This document shows, piece after piece, positions 28,012 through 36,857 of a stretch of DNA of 64,000 nt. The stretch is from Fimbriimonadales bacterium (GTDB taxonomy: Bacteria; Armatimonadota; Fimbriimonadia; Fimbriimonadales; ATM1). Location: assembly GCA_041744215.1 (NCBI GenBank), contig JBGTLG010000006.1, forward strand, positions 96,001 through 160,000. The letters run 5' to 3'. Position 1 is the first letter of the stretch; each line of letters starts with the position of its first letter. The notes under the pieces were generated by a model. That model made no database searches. It was not told the DNA's origin and saw only the letters and a list, made by a program, of their open reading frames with translations. Both the position numbers and the translations under genes were made by a program.

Positions 28012-29540
28012 GATTGAGACCGTGTCGGAAGCCGAAGCGCAAAAGTGGATCCCGCGCCCAACTGCGACTCCACTGTTACTGTTCCACCGTGGGCAGCTAC
28101 CACTCGCTGGACATTGCAGAGCCCCAAGCCCGTACCTCTGCTCTTCGTCGTGAAGAACGGCGTGAAAAGCCGCGCCAGGTTGTCTTCCGATATTCCAATT
28201 CCCTGATCTGCCACCTCAATCTCCACGTACTTCTTGCGGGCTTCCACGCGAACCAACACTTTCCCGCCGTTCGGCATCGCTTCGACCGCGTTCTTGAACA
28301 GGTTCCTTAGGGCTTGCCCGAGCTTGAAGCCGTCCGCCAAAATCGGCGTAGAGACGCCCGAGCCGGTGAATTGCGCGGTCACCTTCGCTTTCGTCATCTC
28401 GCCCTTCATTTGAGCCAACAGGTCTCGAACCAACCGTTCGATGTCCACCTCTCCAAGGTTGAGTGCGACATTTCGTGCGAAGTCCAGGAAGGCGTCGCAA
28501 AGCTCATTGAGTTCGAGCGCCTCCTGCTCCACGATTTTCGCCCAGTTCCTGGCCCCGTCGACGCTTGGCTCGTCACGCATCATCTGTGCGGCTCCCCGGA
28601 TGCTGGTCAGCGGGTTCCTGATTTCGTGTGCGATCGCGGATGTCATCTGCCCGATCTCTGCGAGCGTCTTCGTGCGCTGAAGCTCCCGCTCCCGCTCGAC
28701 ATCGTGAGTCACATCCTCGATGACGAGCGTGACCCCATTCTGGGCGCCAGGGGTTGCCTTTACGAGCAAGTGCCGTCCGTCGGGCTCAGAAATCGCAACC
28801 CTCGATTCACGGCCTTCGGCTGCGCTTGCTAGACTGCGATCCACTTCGGCCCTCCCCTCGGGAGATAGCTTGCGCGCCAACTCCGGCCAGTCTCGCGGAG
28901 CCCTCTTGGAGTTCCGTCGCAGCAGCCGAAGCGCGCTGTCGTTGGCCTGCAGGATCCTGCCAGCGCGATCGAGAGCGACCACGCCCGATGGCAAACTTTC
29001 AAGAATTCGCTGATTCTGGTCGGCGAGCGACGCGTACCGCTCGGCGTCTGCGCGGTGCCTCGCGATCAGAGATGCGTTGTCTACTGCCAGCGCGAGGTGC
29101 CGCGCGATTGCCTCAGCCCGCTGAAGCTCGTGGTGCGTAAATGCCTCCCGTGCGCACAGTCGAAACACATTGAGAACTCCGACGGTCTCTGCCTCCAGAG
29201 TAATCAGGGGCACGATCATGGACGCCTCGATCGCTTCCTTGAGCGGGTGCGCACTTGCTTCGATGGGTCCCTTGTGGGAGCGTGGGATCCCGTCGGCGGC
29301 GGAGGCTCCAGCCAATCCACTCCCGATCGTGATCGCAGCGGACCATGGGAGCTTCGCTGACGTTCCAGCCTGTGCAGCCAGGACAAGTGTGTCGGTTCCT
29401 TCGATACGCAGGAACAGCGATACGCCGTCCGCTGAGAACGCGTCGCGACAATAGTCGGTGACCCGCACGAGATAGTCCTCAAGCGAGCCCTGGATGGAAA
29501 ACAGGGGCAGGAGTTCGGCGATCGATCCGCGAGACGGCAT
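28008..29540 (-). CDS. GAF-PAS sensor histidine kinase
   Basis: AHEIRNPL H-box, NAVEA, DQGIG and [13 protein letters not shown] motifs. Confidence 0.92.
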   Translation of the reverse strand: MPSRGSIAELLPLFSIQGSLEDYLVRVTDYCRDAFSADGVSLFLRIEGTDTLVLAAQAGTSAKLPWSAAITIGSGLAGASAADGIPRSHKGPIEASAHPLKEAIEASMIVPLITLEAETVGVLNVFRLCAREAFTHHELQRAEAIARHLALAVDNASLIARHRADAERYASLADQNQRILESLPSGVVALDRAGRILQANDSALRLLRRNSKRAPRDWPELARKLSPEGRAEVDRSLASAAEGRESRVAISEPDGRHLLVKATPGAQNGVTLVIEDVTHDVERERELQRTKTLAEIGQMTSAIAHEIRNPLTSIRGAAQMMRDEPSVDGARNWAKIVEQEALELNELCDAFLDFARNVALNLGEVDIERLVRDLLAQMKGEMTKAKVTAQFTGSGVSTPILADGFKLGQALRNLFKNAVEAMPNGGKVLVRVEARKKYVEIEVADQGIGISEDNLARLFTPFFTTKSRGTGLGLCNVQRVVAAHGGTVTVESQLGAGSTFALRLPTRSQS

Positions 29541-29551
29541 GCCGTCCTTAA

Positions 29552-29580
29552 TTATCGGCGGATGTCTCGGTCCACGCTTA
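29552..29580 (-). promoter_or_regulatory. putative sigma28 promoter (TAAG-N17-GCCGATAA)
   Basis: Perfect GCCGATAA -10 lies 11 nt upstream of the kinase ATG; -35 spacing is longer than consensus. Confidence 0.4.
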
Positions 29581-29949
29581 GTAGGCTTCGTGGAGCCCGA
29601 AGCCGTTCAATGCGGAGAATGTCTCGTCGAACCGCTGATTGACGACCGTGTCGAAGCTTTGGCTCTCGCCGCCCCGGACGCGCTGCGAGGACCGGTCGAA
29701 CGAGACGCTGTAGCTGTGATTATCGAAGCCCAGATAGACAAGGATTGCGCTCTGTAAGACGTCCTCGGCCGAAAGCAACCCAAACTGAGCATCCGGCATC
29801 CACTCCTCGCCTGCGTCCTTGAGAAGCACAACATATCCTTCGCAGGGAGCGGGTTTGAAGATTGCGATCCCGCGGTGAGCAGTCGCTGCGTCAAGCGGCA
29901 TCTCGGTTGGGAGTGCGAGTGCAGTAGCTGCGACGAGGACGGTAAGCAT
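29578..29949 (-). CDS. hypothetical exported protein
   Basis: Signal-like N-terminus and SD GAGG. Confidence 0.5.
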   Translation of the reverse strand: MLTVLVAATALALPTEMPLDAATAHRGIAIFKPAPCEGYVVLLKDAGEEWMPDAQFGLLSAEDVLQSAILVYLGFDNHSYSVSFDRSSQRVRGGESQSFDTVVNQRFDETFSALNGFGLHEAY

Positions 29950-30093
29950 GTCTCTAACCTCTTAGACACTGCCAGTGTATCAAATCGTGCGCCAAAATGC
30001 CACCCCAGACGAAAAAAAGCCTCCACAAGGGACCAAATCCCGGGGGCGGAACGTCTACAGGGCAGATAGAATGCCTTCAGGAGGATCGTAAGG

Positions 30094-30588
30094 ATGCGAA
30101 AGTTTCTTGTTTTGGTCGTAGCAGCCGGGTTGGCGGGATCTGCCGTAGCGCAGTTTCCCTCAGTCGGCCTCACTGTTCGGGCCGGAGTGTTTTTCCCGAC
30201 CACGGCAGCCGCCTCGGCAGGCGCCGAGCGCTGGTATCAGGCGGGGGCTGAGTACGAGCTGTTCAAGCTGCGGCTCCCGGCGACCGACCTCGCGACTGCT
30301 TTGTCGCTGTCACTTGACACCTACGGCCGGGGCGGCTCTTCGAGCGTACCGCTCCTCGCGAACCTGTCCGTCAGGAGTGATCGAATTCGCTACAGCGCAG
30401 GTGTTGGCGCAAGCTTCGTAAGAAGATCGGGCTTCGAAAACCGGACACGCCTTGCTTACCAGGCATCGATTGGCTACGATGTCTTAAAGGGGCCTATGCC
30501 GGTGGTGATTGAAGCGAGGTACTTCGGAGTCGTTGACACGAGCAACTTCTTCGACGGCATCGCCCTCTCGATCGGTGTCCGGCTCTAA
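30094..30588 (+). CDS. outer-membrane beta-barrel-like protein
   Basis: Signal peptide, alternating beta strands and C-terminal IGVRL. Confidence 0.65.
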   Translation: MRKFLVLVVAAGLAGSAVAQFPSVGLTVRAGVFFPTTAAASAGAERWYQAGAEYELFKLRLPATDLATALSLSLDTYGRGGSSSVPLLANLSVRSDRIRYSAGVGASFVRRSGFENRTRLAYQASIGYDVLKGPMPVVIEARYFGVVDTSNFFDGIALSIGVRL

Positions 30589-30633
30589 CAAAGCCGGAGA
30601 GACTCAAACCCGAACAATAACGGGGGTATCTCG

Positions 30634-30659
30634 GTGAACTTCCGCCGCTGCCCAGCGTA
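30634..30659 (+). promoter_or_regulatory. putative autoregulatory ECF promoter GTGAAC-N16-CGTA
   Basis: SigW-like spacing; -10 ends 7 nt before ATG 30667. Confidence 0.5.
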
Positions 30660-30666
30660 TGCCCTT

Positions 30667-31314
30667 ATGGAGTCGCAATCGATGGATCTTTTCCTCGATA
30701 CGGCGCGCTTGACGCGCACAACCGCAGGGGACCCGGCTTTGGATGGCTCACTAATCAGCCGATGCAAGAATCGTGACGCCGAGGCCTTCTCGCTGATCGT
30801 CGACCGCTATCAATCGCGGGTGTTTGGCTTCGCGCGCCGAATGCTCCGCAGTAACGAGGACGCCGAAGACGTCACTCAAGAGGTGTTCGTTAGGGCGTTC
30901 GAGAATATGCACAGATTCGACGGCCGGGCGTCGCTGTCAACTTGGCTCTTCAAAATCGCGTCGAATCTCTGCATCGATAGGGCTCGAAGGAAGGGGCGAA
31001 GACCCGAGGAAGTGCCGCTCTTCTTTGGCAGTCCCGAAGTTAGCTCGCCCGGTCACTTCATCGACTTCCGCTCTGATCCGGAGGGATCGGTGGTAGCAGG
31101 AGAAATGGCTGAGACAATCGAGATCGCGATCGGGAAGCTATCCCCCAAACTTCGCGGCGTGCTGCTTCTCCACGATGTCGAGGAGCTTAGCTATGACGAG
31201 ATCTCACAGATTGTTGGAATTCCAGTAGGGACTGTAAAATCCCGACTGTTCCTCGCGCGCGGCCACCTGCAAAGCGCGCTCAAGGGATACATCGACGGGG
31301 AATCATGGCTATGA
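30667..31314 (+). CDS. ECF RNA polymerase sigma factor
   Basis: DAEDVTQEVF, TWLFKIASN and SYDEISQIVGIPVGTVKSRL motifs. Confidence 0.93.
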   Translation: MESQSMDLFLDTARLTRTTAGDPALDGSLISRCKNRDAEAFSLIVDRYQSRVFGFARRMLRSNEDAEDVTQEVFVRAFENMHRFDGRASLSTWLFKIASNLCIDRARRKGRRPEEVPLFFGSPEVSSPGHFIDFRSDPEGSVVAGEMAETIEIAIGKLSPKLRGVLLLHDVEELSYDEISQIVGIPVGTVKSRLFLARGHLQSALKGYIDGESWL

Positions 31315-31787
31315 CAAGACAAGAATTGCGGATCAAGCTCGAAAGCGGCGGGGCGCTGACCCCGATGGAGTCGGCTCTCCTCGAAACTTACCTGGCCGAG
31401 GATTCTGAGGCTGGCGCCGCTTTGGCGTTGCGTGATCTCCCCGCTCCATCTCCAAGTCTCGCCTGGAGATCTCAGCTAAACGAGCGGATCGCAACCAGAG
31501 CTTCTCGCAGGTCAGCCTTCCGGCTGCGGTGGGGCCTGCCCATACTCGGCACGGCGTCAGTGGCCGCGACCGCTCTCGTCGCGCTTTACGCTTGGAAGCC
31601 GACGCAACCGGAGGTTGAGCCCAACATCACGAGCTACCTGTTCGAGTGGCACGAGGAAGCAGCCGCGGCCGTGATCCTCCCTGACGGAGGAACCGACTTG
31701 GAAGGCTTTTTGAGAAAGCCACGCACTCCGCACTCCGACGAGATTGATGAACTGCTTTACGGAAGGAGCATTATCGACACCCTATGA
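31305..31787 (+). CDS. putative membrane anti-sigma factor
   Basis: Single TM; overlaps the ECF stop. Confidence 0.65.
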   Translation: MAMTRQELRIKLESGGALTPMESALLETYLAEDSEAGAALALRDLPAPSPSLAWRSQLNERIATRASRRSAFRLRWGLPILGTASVAATALVALYAWKPTQPEVEPNITSYLFEWHEEAAAAVILPDGGTDLEGFLRKPRTPHSDEIDELLYGRSIIDTL

Positions 31788-32767
31788 CGCGCTGGATCGG
31801 GATCCTCGTAGCCTCAGTGATTTTGGGCTCCGTTTACGCCCAACGGCCTGGCCCAGGTGCGCCTGAGCCACAGGGTCGAACCCCGCAGGACGGCCCTGGC
31901 CGCATCCTGCTATGGGTGATTGAGTCCGCTCCAAAGCAGCGGTTTAGCGGGCAGAGGACCGTGGAGCTGATCCTCGAAGGGCGTCCTGTCCAACTCGTCG
32001 AGTTCGTTTGGAAGGACGGACTGCGCTCACGCACCGAGTACCCCGAAAACTCCCCCAGGCGAGGATTCATCATCGTAGAGAAACAGGGCGAGCGGCTCGA
32101 ATATGACCCAAGACGGAATGAGATTCGACGCCGTCGCGGCGATCCCGGCGGCGCTGACTTCATGTTGGCAAGAATTCGCACCGCCTTCTCACGGGGAGAA
32201 ATCCGACTGACTGAGTTTGAGAGCGCCGAGATCGCTGGCAGGAAGACGCTAGGGATTGCCGTGGGCGATCGCGAGGGGAACATAGCCCAGAAATTCTGGA
32301 TCGACCGGGAGAAAGGCATCATTCTCGCCGCTGTCCAATACGGTCGAGGAGGCGAACGCCGTGGGTACTACGAGTACACCCGGATCAGCTACTCCCCAAC
32401 CTTCCCGGAAGGCGCATTCGACATTGTGCGCCAAGGCGCAAAGGTGATCGACGAGCCGGCGGGTCCTCAGGTCCCATGGAAAGTGGTCTTGCCCACGTGG
32501 CTGCCGCCGGGCTTCCGCGAGACTTCGCGCAACGTTCGTCAGGCAGGCGATCAGCCTGTCCTGGTGGTCCATTTTAGCGACGGGCGTCGGCATATCACAG
32601 TGTTTCAGTCCCAGGGCCGTCGCGAAGGCGTGGTTCCGCCCCGAGAGGCGAGCCAAGGCAAAGTCCTAATGTCCGGCCGCGTTGGAGATGTCTGGGTCGC
32701 TGTTCTCTCCGATCTCGAGGCACGGGCCGTTGATGCGGTCCTGAAGTCGTTACGCGCCTCTGATTGA
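31784..32767 (+). CDS. MucB/RseB-like periplasmic sigma-E regulatory protein
   Basis: Signal peptide; IAGRK...WIDREKGIIL and PTWLPPGF...HFSDG motifs. Confidence 0.75.
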   Translation: MTRWIGILVASVILGSVYAQRPGPGAPEPQGRTPQDGPGRILLWVIESAPKQRFSGQRTVELILEGRPVQLVEFVWKDGLRSRTEYPENSPRRGFIIVEKQGERLEYDPRRNEIRRRRGDPGGADFMLARIRTAFSRGEIRLTEFESAEIAGRKTLGIAVGDREGNIAQKFWIDREKGIILAAVQYGRGGERRGYYEYTRISYSPTFPEGAFDIVRQGAKVIDEPAGPQVPWKVVLPTWLPPGFRETSRNVRQAGDQPVLVVHFSDGRRHITVFQSQGRREGVVPPREASQGKVLMSGRVGDVWVAVLSDLEARAVDAVLKSLRASD

Positions 32768-32784
32768 GGCGTATTAAGTCCATA

Positions 32785-35130
32785 ATGACGCGTATGTTCC
32801 GTTCGCGGGGTAGCCGGGATCGGAAGCAGCGTAGACCGAGTCCTCGATGGTGGGTTTGGACCAAGCGTGTCCTGGCGACGGCGGTTGGCACCCTATGCCT
32901 CACCGTTCTGGGTGTCGGCTTCTACGTGTACTCCGAGATGATCGCCCTCCAACCGAGGGTTGCGAAGCTGCAGCAGTTCGGAGCGGATCTTCACCGTGAT
33001 CCCACGATCATTTATTCGGCAGATGGCGTTGAGATCTGTCGCATGGCCCAGGAGCGTCGCGATCCTGTGACCTGGCCAGAGTTACCGCAGGTGGTCATCG
33101 ACGCGACAGTGGCGGCTGAAGACCGCAGATTCTGGGTACACAAAGGCGTCGACCACACTGCCATAGTGCGTGCGCTCTGGGCAAACTTTCAGGCAGGATC
33201 CACACGTCAGGGGGGATCCACGATCACGCAACAGTTGGCCAAGCGGCTTCTCACCAGCGGTGAACGCACGATCACCCGCAAGATCGAAGACGCATGTCTC
33301 GCTGTGCTGATCGAGCGCGAGTACACCAAAGAGCAGATTCTCACGATGTACGTGAACCAGGTCTTTTACGGGACTGGCTCATATGGCATCAAGGCAGCGG
33401 CCGAAACTTATTTCGGAAAAGATATCCACGATCTCTCCCTCGGAGAAGTCGCTCTCTTGGCGCGCCTCCCCCGCAGGCCATCGAGTGAAAATCCTTACGC
33501 AAACCTTGACGTTGCGACAAAGAACCGTGACTATGTCCTTGGGGTCATGCAAGAGGAGGGAGTGATCACCGGCGAACAGTACGCGAAGGCGACGAAAGAG
33601 AAAGTGAAGCTGATGCCGAAACCGATTCAAACAACCGGCATCACGCAAGCGCCGTACTTCGCAACGTGGATTCTCGCGCAGTTAAGGGAAGAATTCCCTA
33701 ACGACGACTTTGCGCGCGGCGGCTACAAGATCTACACCACGCTGAACATGGATGCACAGCGAGCCGCAGAGCGTGCGTTGCAAAACACACTCAAGCAGTA
33801 CAAGGGCCAGAAGGTGACCGAAGGGGCAATCGTTGTTGCGGACACCAACGGTCAAGTGATGGCGATGGTTGGTGGAGCAGACTTCAAGCGCTCTCAGTAC
33901 AACAACGTGACTCAAGGCAAGCGGCAGCCGGGTTCTGCGTTCAAGCCATTCGTGTACGCCGCAGCGATGGAGCGGGGCCTGCTTAAGCCGACGAGCATGG
34001 TGTCGAACGAGCCTTTTGTTTATGTCGACCCGAGCACGAGAAAGACATGGAAGCCTAAGGGTGGCGGCGGAGGAGGAATGGTCTCCGTTCAAACAGCGTT
34101 AGTGAAATCTATAAACGTCCCAGCAGTGCATACCGCCAAACTTGTGGGCGCTTCGGATGTGACAAGATTCGCCCGAGAGGTCTTTGGGATTCGATCAAAA
34201 CTCGATCCAGTGCTACCGATTGCACTTGGAACAAGCGCAGTCTCACCCATGGAGATGGCTGAAGCGTACTCAGTTTTCATGACGGGCGGAAATCGGGTGA
34301 AGATGTTTGGAATCAAGCGAGTTGTCGGCCCAAGCGGTGGAGTCATTAAGGACTTCACGCCCCGGATCATCGGCAATGTTTTGAGTGAAAGCACCGCGCT
34401 GCCAATACGAGATATGTTGAGACGCGTTGTATTGGAAGGCACGGCTACGAAGGCGTCAGGGATTCCGAACGCATCGGGAAAAACCGGAACGAATGATGAC
34501 TATCTCGATGCCTGGTTCTGTGGGTTCACAGACAGGCTCGTAGCGATCGCATGGGTTTCCAATGCGACGTACGATCCCAATCGGAAGCCAGCGTGGAAAT
34601 ATGGAAGCATGAGCCGAATCTTTGGTGGCGATGCACCCACATACCTATGGGCGCAGACGATCAAACCGATTCAGGAGCTCATCGGCGAAAAGTCCAGCGG
34701 ACGCAGACCCACGCACTTCGGTGGCGGCGGAGCAACGCAGACCACCGTCCTAATCTGCTTGGAGACTGGAAGTCGCGCCGCGCCTGGGCACTGTCCACGC
34801 ACCGAAACGCAAGTGCTCGACATCACAAAAGCGCGTGAGATAGCCTCGTGTGGAGTACACGGACCGATAGAGCGAGAGGCACCGATGATTGATCCCGGGC
34901 AACCCGTCGATACGCCGCCAATCACTCGCAACCCGCCGATCAACAATGAGACTGTTGAGTTCGAGATTTGCATTGACTCGCTGTTGCGTGCAACCCAGTA
35001 CTGTCCCGTACGCAGGATTGAAATGTTTCGAGCAACCGATGCGCCCAAGGGATCGTGCAAGATTCATACGCCGGAGGCACTATGGCGGTCGACGTACGCA
35101 AACCGCGGCGCAGCGTTGATCCAGGACTAG
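32785..35130 (+). CDS. class A penicillin-binding protein (PBP1A) with Cys-rich C-terminal repeats
   Basis: EDRRF, GGSTITQQL, RKIED, SAFK, SIN and KTG motifs. Confidence 0.92.
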   Translation: MTRMFRSRGSRDRKQRRPSPRWWVWTKRVLATAVGTLCLTVLGVGFYVYSEMIALQPRVAKLQQFGADLHRDPTIIYSADGVEICRMAQERRDPVTWPELPQVVIDATVAAEDRRFWVHKGVDHTAIVRALWANFQAGSTRQGGSTITQQLAKRLLTSGERTITRKIEDACLAVLIEREYTKEQILTMYVNQVFYGTGSYGIKAAAETYFGKDIHDLSLGEVALLARLPRRPSSENPYANLDVATKNRDYVLGVMQEEGVITGEQYAKATKEKVKLMPKPIQTTGITQAPYFATWILAQLREEFPNDDFARGGYKIYTTLNMDAQRAAERALQNTLKQYKGQKVTEGAIVVADTNGQVMAMVGGADFKRSQYNNVTQGKRQPGSAFKPFVYAAAMERGLLKPTSMVSNEPFVYVDPSTRKTWKPKGGGGGGMVSVQTALVKSINVPAVHTAKLVGASDVTRFAREVFGIRSKLDPVLPIALGTSAVSPMEMAEAYSVFMTGGNRVKMFGIKRVVGPSGGVIKDFTPRIIGNVLSESTALPIRDMLRRVVLEGTATKASGIPNASGKTGTNDDYLDAWFCGFTDRLVAIAWVSNATYDPNRKPAWKYGSMSRIFGGDAPTYLWAQTIKPIQELIGEKSSGRRPTHFGGGGATQTTVLICLETGSRAAPGHCPRTETQVLDITKAREIASCGVHGPIEREAPMIDPGQPVDTPPITRNPPINNETVEFEICIDSLLRATQYCPVRRIEMFRATDAPKGSCKIHTPEALWRSTYANRGAALIQD

Positions 35131-36857
35131 TCATCCTTCCCAGCATCGTGGCCTTTGGCCTCGTTGCGCTGCTCGTTCGACTTTGGTTCTTGCAGGTCGT
35201 GCGAGGAGAGGAACTCAGCAAACTTGCGATCCGTCGCACCACCATCTCCGCCCCGATCACTGCGCCGCGAGGGCAGATATTGGATCGACAAGGACGGGTG
35301 CTCGCTGGCGTCAAGTCAACACTCGCTGTTATGGTGCGCCCAGTTGAAATCAAAGGCAACCACGACGCGATTGAGCGGCTCGCGAAAGTGCTCGATATGG
35401 AAGTTGCTGATGTTAAGGATGCGGTTGCCGAGAACAACTACCGCGGGACGCTCCCGTTCGTTATCAAAACCGGCGTTACACCAGCACAGGCCATCGCGGT
35501 TGAAGAACATAAGCCGTTTCTTCCTGGCGTTTCCGTCCGACAAGCGACTGTTCGCGTGTATCCGAATGGTGCAGCCGGGGCGCACGTGGTGGGCTACGTC
35601 GGCGGTCTGACTGAAGCTGACCAGACTCGACTGAAGGATGCAGGCATCGATGCCCTACCCAACTTTAGCGGCAAGGTCGGTGTCGAGAGAAGCTACGACG
35701 TCGGGCTGATTGGAACCGCCGGATCGGTTCGCGTGCAAGTGGATCGGCGAGGTCGACAGCTAGCCGAGCCAGAAACGTCCCCGCCGCTACCTGGAGAGAA
35801 GCTTGTTTTAGGTATCGACGTAGACTTGCAGAAAGCCGCGCGCAGCGCGTTAGGGGGACGTCGAGGAACAGTCGTGGCGATCGACCCGGCAACAGGCCAA
35901 ATCCTCTGTATGGTGAGTAGCCCTGATTACGATCCGAATCTTTTCGTTGGGAGGATTCCATCCAAACAACTGAAGTCGCTTCTCGAAGGCGAAAGTAAGC
36001 CGATGCTGAATCGTGCTGTCGCAGCGGCTTACGCCCCTGGTTCGACATTCAAACTCGCTGTGCTGATCGCTGCTGTGCGCGCTGGTGTCGTTAGCCCGGG
36101 CACCACGCATGTGTGCGAAGGATCTGTTCGAATCTACGACCGCACGTTTCGATGCTTGAGTGTTCATGGCCGAATCAATTATGAAGTCGCGATAGAGAAG
36201 TCTTGCAACGTCTTCTTTGCTGAAGTTGCTAAGCGCTTGAAGTCGGAACAGATTGTCGATGTCGCGGAAGACTTTGGACTAGGAAGCCCAACCGGAATCG
36301 ACTTGGTTTCCGAAAGACGTGGGCTCGTGCCGACGCAAGCCTGGGTAAAGGATCGCAAGCTGACTTGGTATCTTGGCGACACAGTGAATCTGGGAATCGG
36401 CCAAGGCTATCTCGAAGCGACACCACTGCAAATGGCGAACTTCGCTGCGATACTCGCCAATCGAGGATACGCTTTCCAGCCGCACATTGTGCAAAGCATC
36501 TCTCATTTTGGCGCAGATGCAAAGCCTCGGTACATCAAGCCAACGATGAAGTACCAGGTGAATGTTGACCCGCTTTGGTGGGACAGAATCTTCGGCGCGA
36601 TGCGCAGGGTTGTGTCGACGGGAACGGGTTCGGCTGCTGCAATCGAGGGCATCTCTTTTGCTGGGAAGACGGGAAGCGCTGATACCCGCCAAACCGAGAG
36701 GTCGCATGCGTGGTTCATCGGATTTGCTCCCACCGACAAACCGAGAATCGCCATCGCAGTTCTGCTTGAGGCTGCGGGCCGCGGAGGCGAGGAGGCTGCT
36801 CCCGTGGCTCGGTCGGTCGTTTCCCAGTATCTAAAGCGACCAACCCCCGCAAACTAA
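35082..36857 (+). CDS. mrdA: penicillin-binding protein 2
   Basis: RLWFLQV, APRGQILDR, STFK, SCN, IGQG and KTG motifs. Confidence 0.9.
   Translation: MAVDVRKPRRSVDPGLVILPSIVAFGLVALLVRLWFLQVVRGEELSKLAIRRTTISAPITAPRGQILDRQGRVLAGVKSTLAVMVRPVEIKGNHDAIERLAKVLDMEVADVKDAVAENNYRGTLPFVIKTGVTPAQAIAVEEHKPFLPGVSVRQATVRVYPNGAAGAHVVGYVGGLTEADQTRLKDAGIDALPNFSGKVGVERSYDVGLIGTAGSVRVQVDRRGRQLAEPETSPPLPGEKLVLGIDVDLQKAARSALGGRRGTVVAIDPATGQILCMVSSPDYDPNLFVGRIPSKQLKSLLEGESKPMLNRAVAAAYAPGSTFKLAVLIAAVRAGVVSPGTTHVCEGSVRIYDRTFRCLSVHGRINYEVAIEKSCNVFFAEVAKRLKSEQIVDVAEDFGLGSPTGIDLVSERRGLVPTQAWVKDRKLTWYLGDTVNLGIGQGYLEATPLQMANFAAILANRGYAFQPHIVQSISHFGADAKPRYIKPTMKYQVNVDPLWWDRIFGAMRRVVSTGTGSAAAIEGISFAGKTGSADTRQTERSHAWFIGFAPTDKPRIAIAVLLEAAGRGGEEAAPVARSVVSQYLKRPTPAN

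Noticed and set aside
29980-29995. Minus-strand sigma54-like site TTGGCGCACGATTTGA
   Set aside because: The -12 dinucleotide is GA rather than GC, too weak to call.
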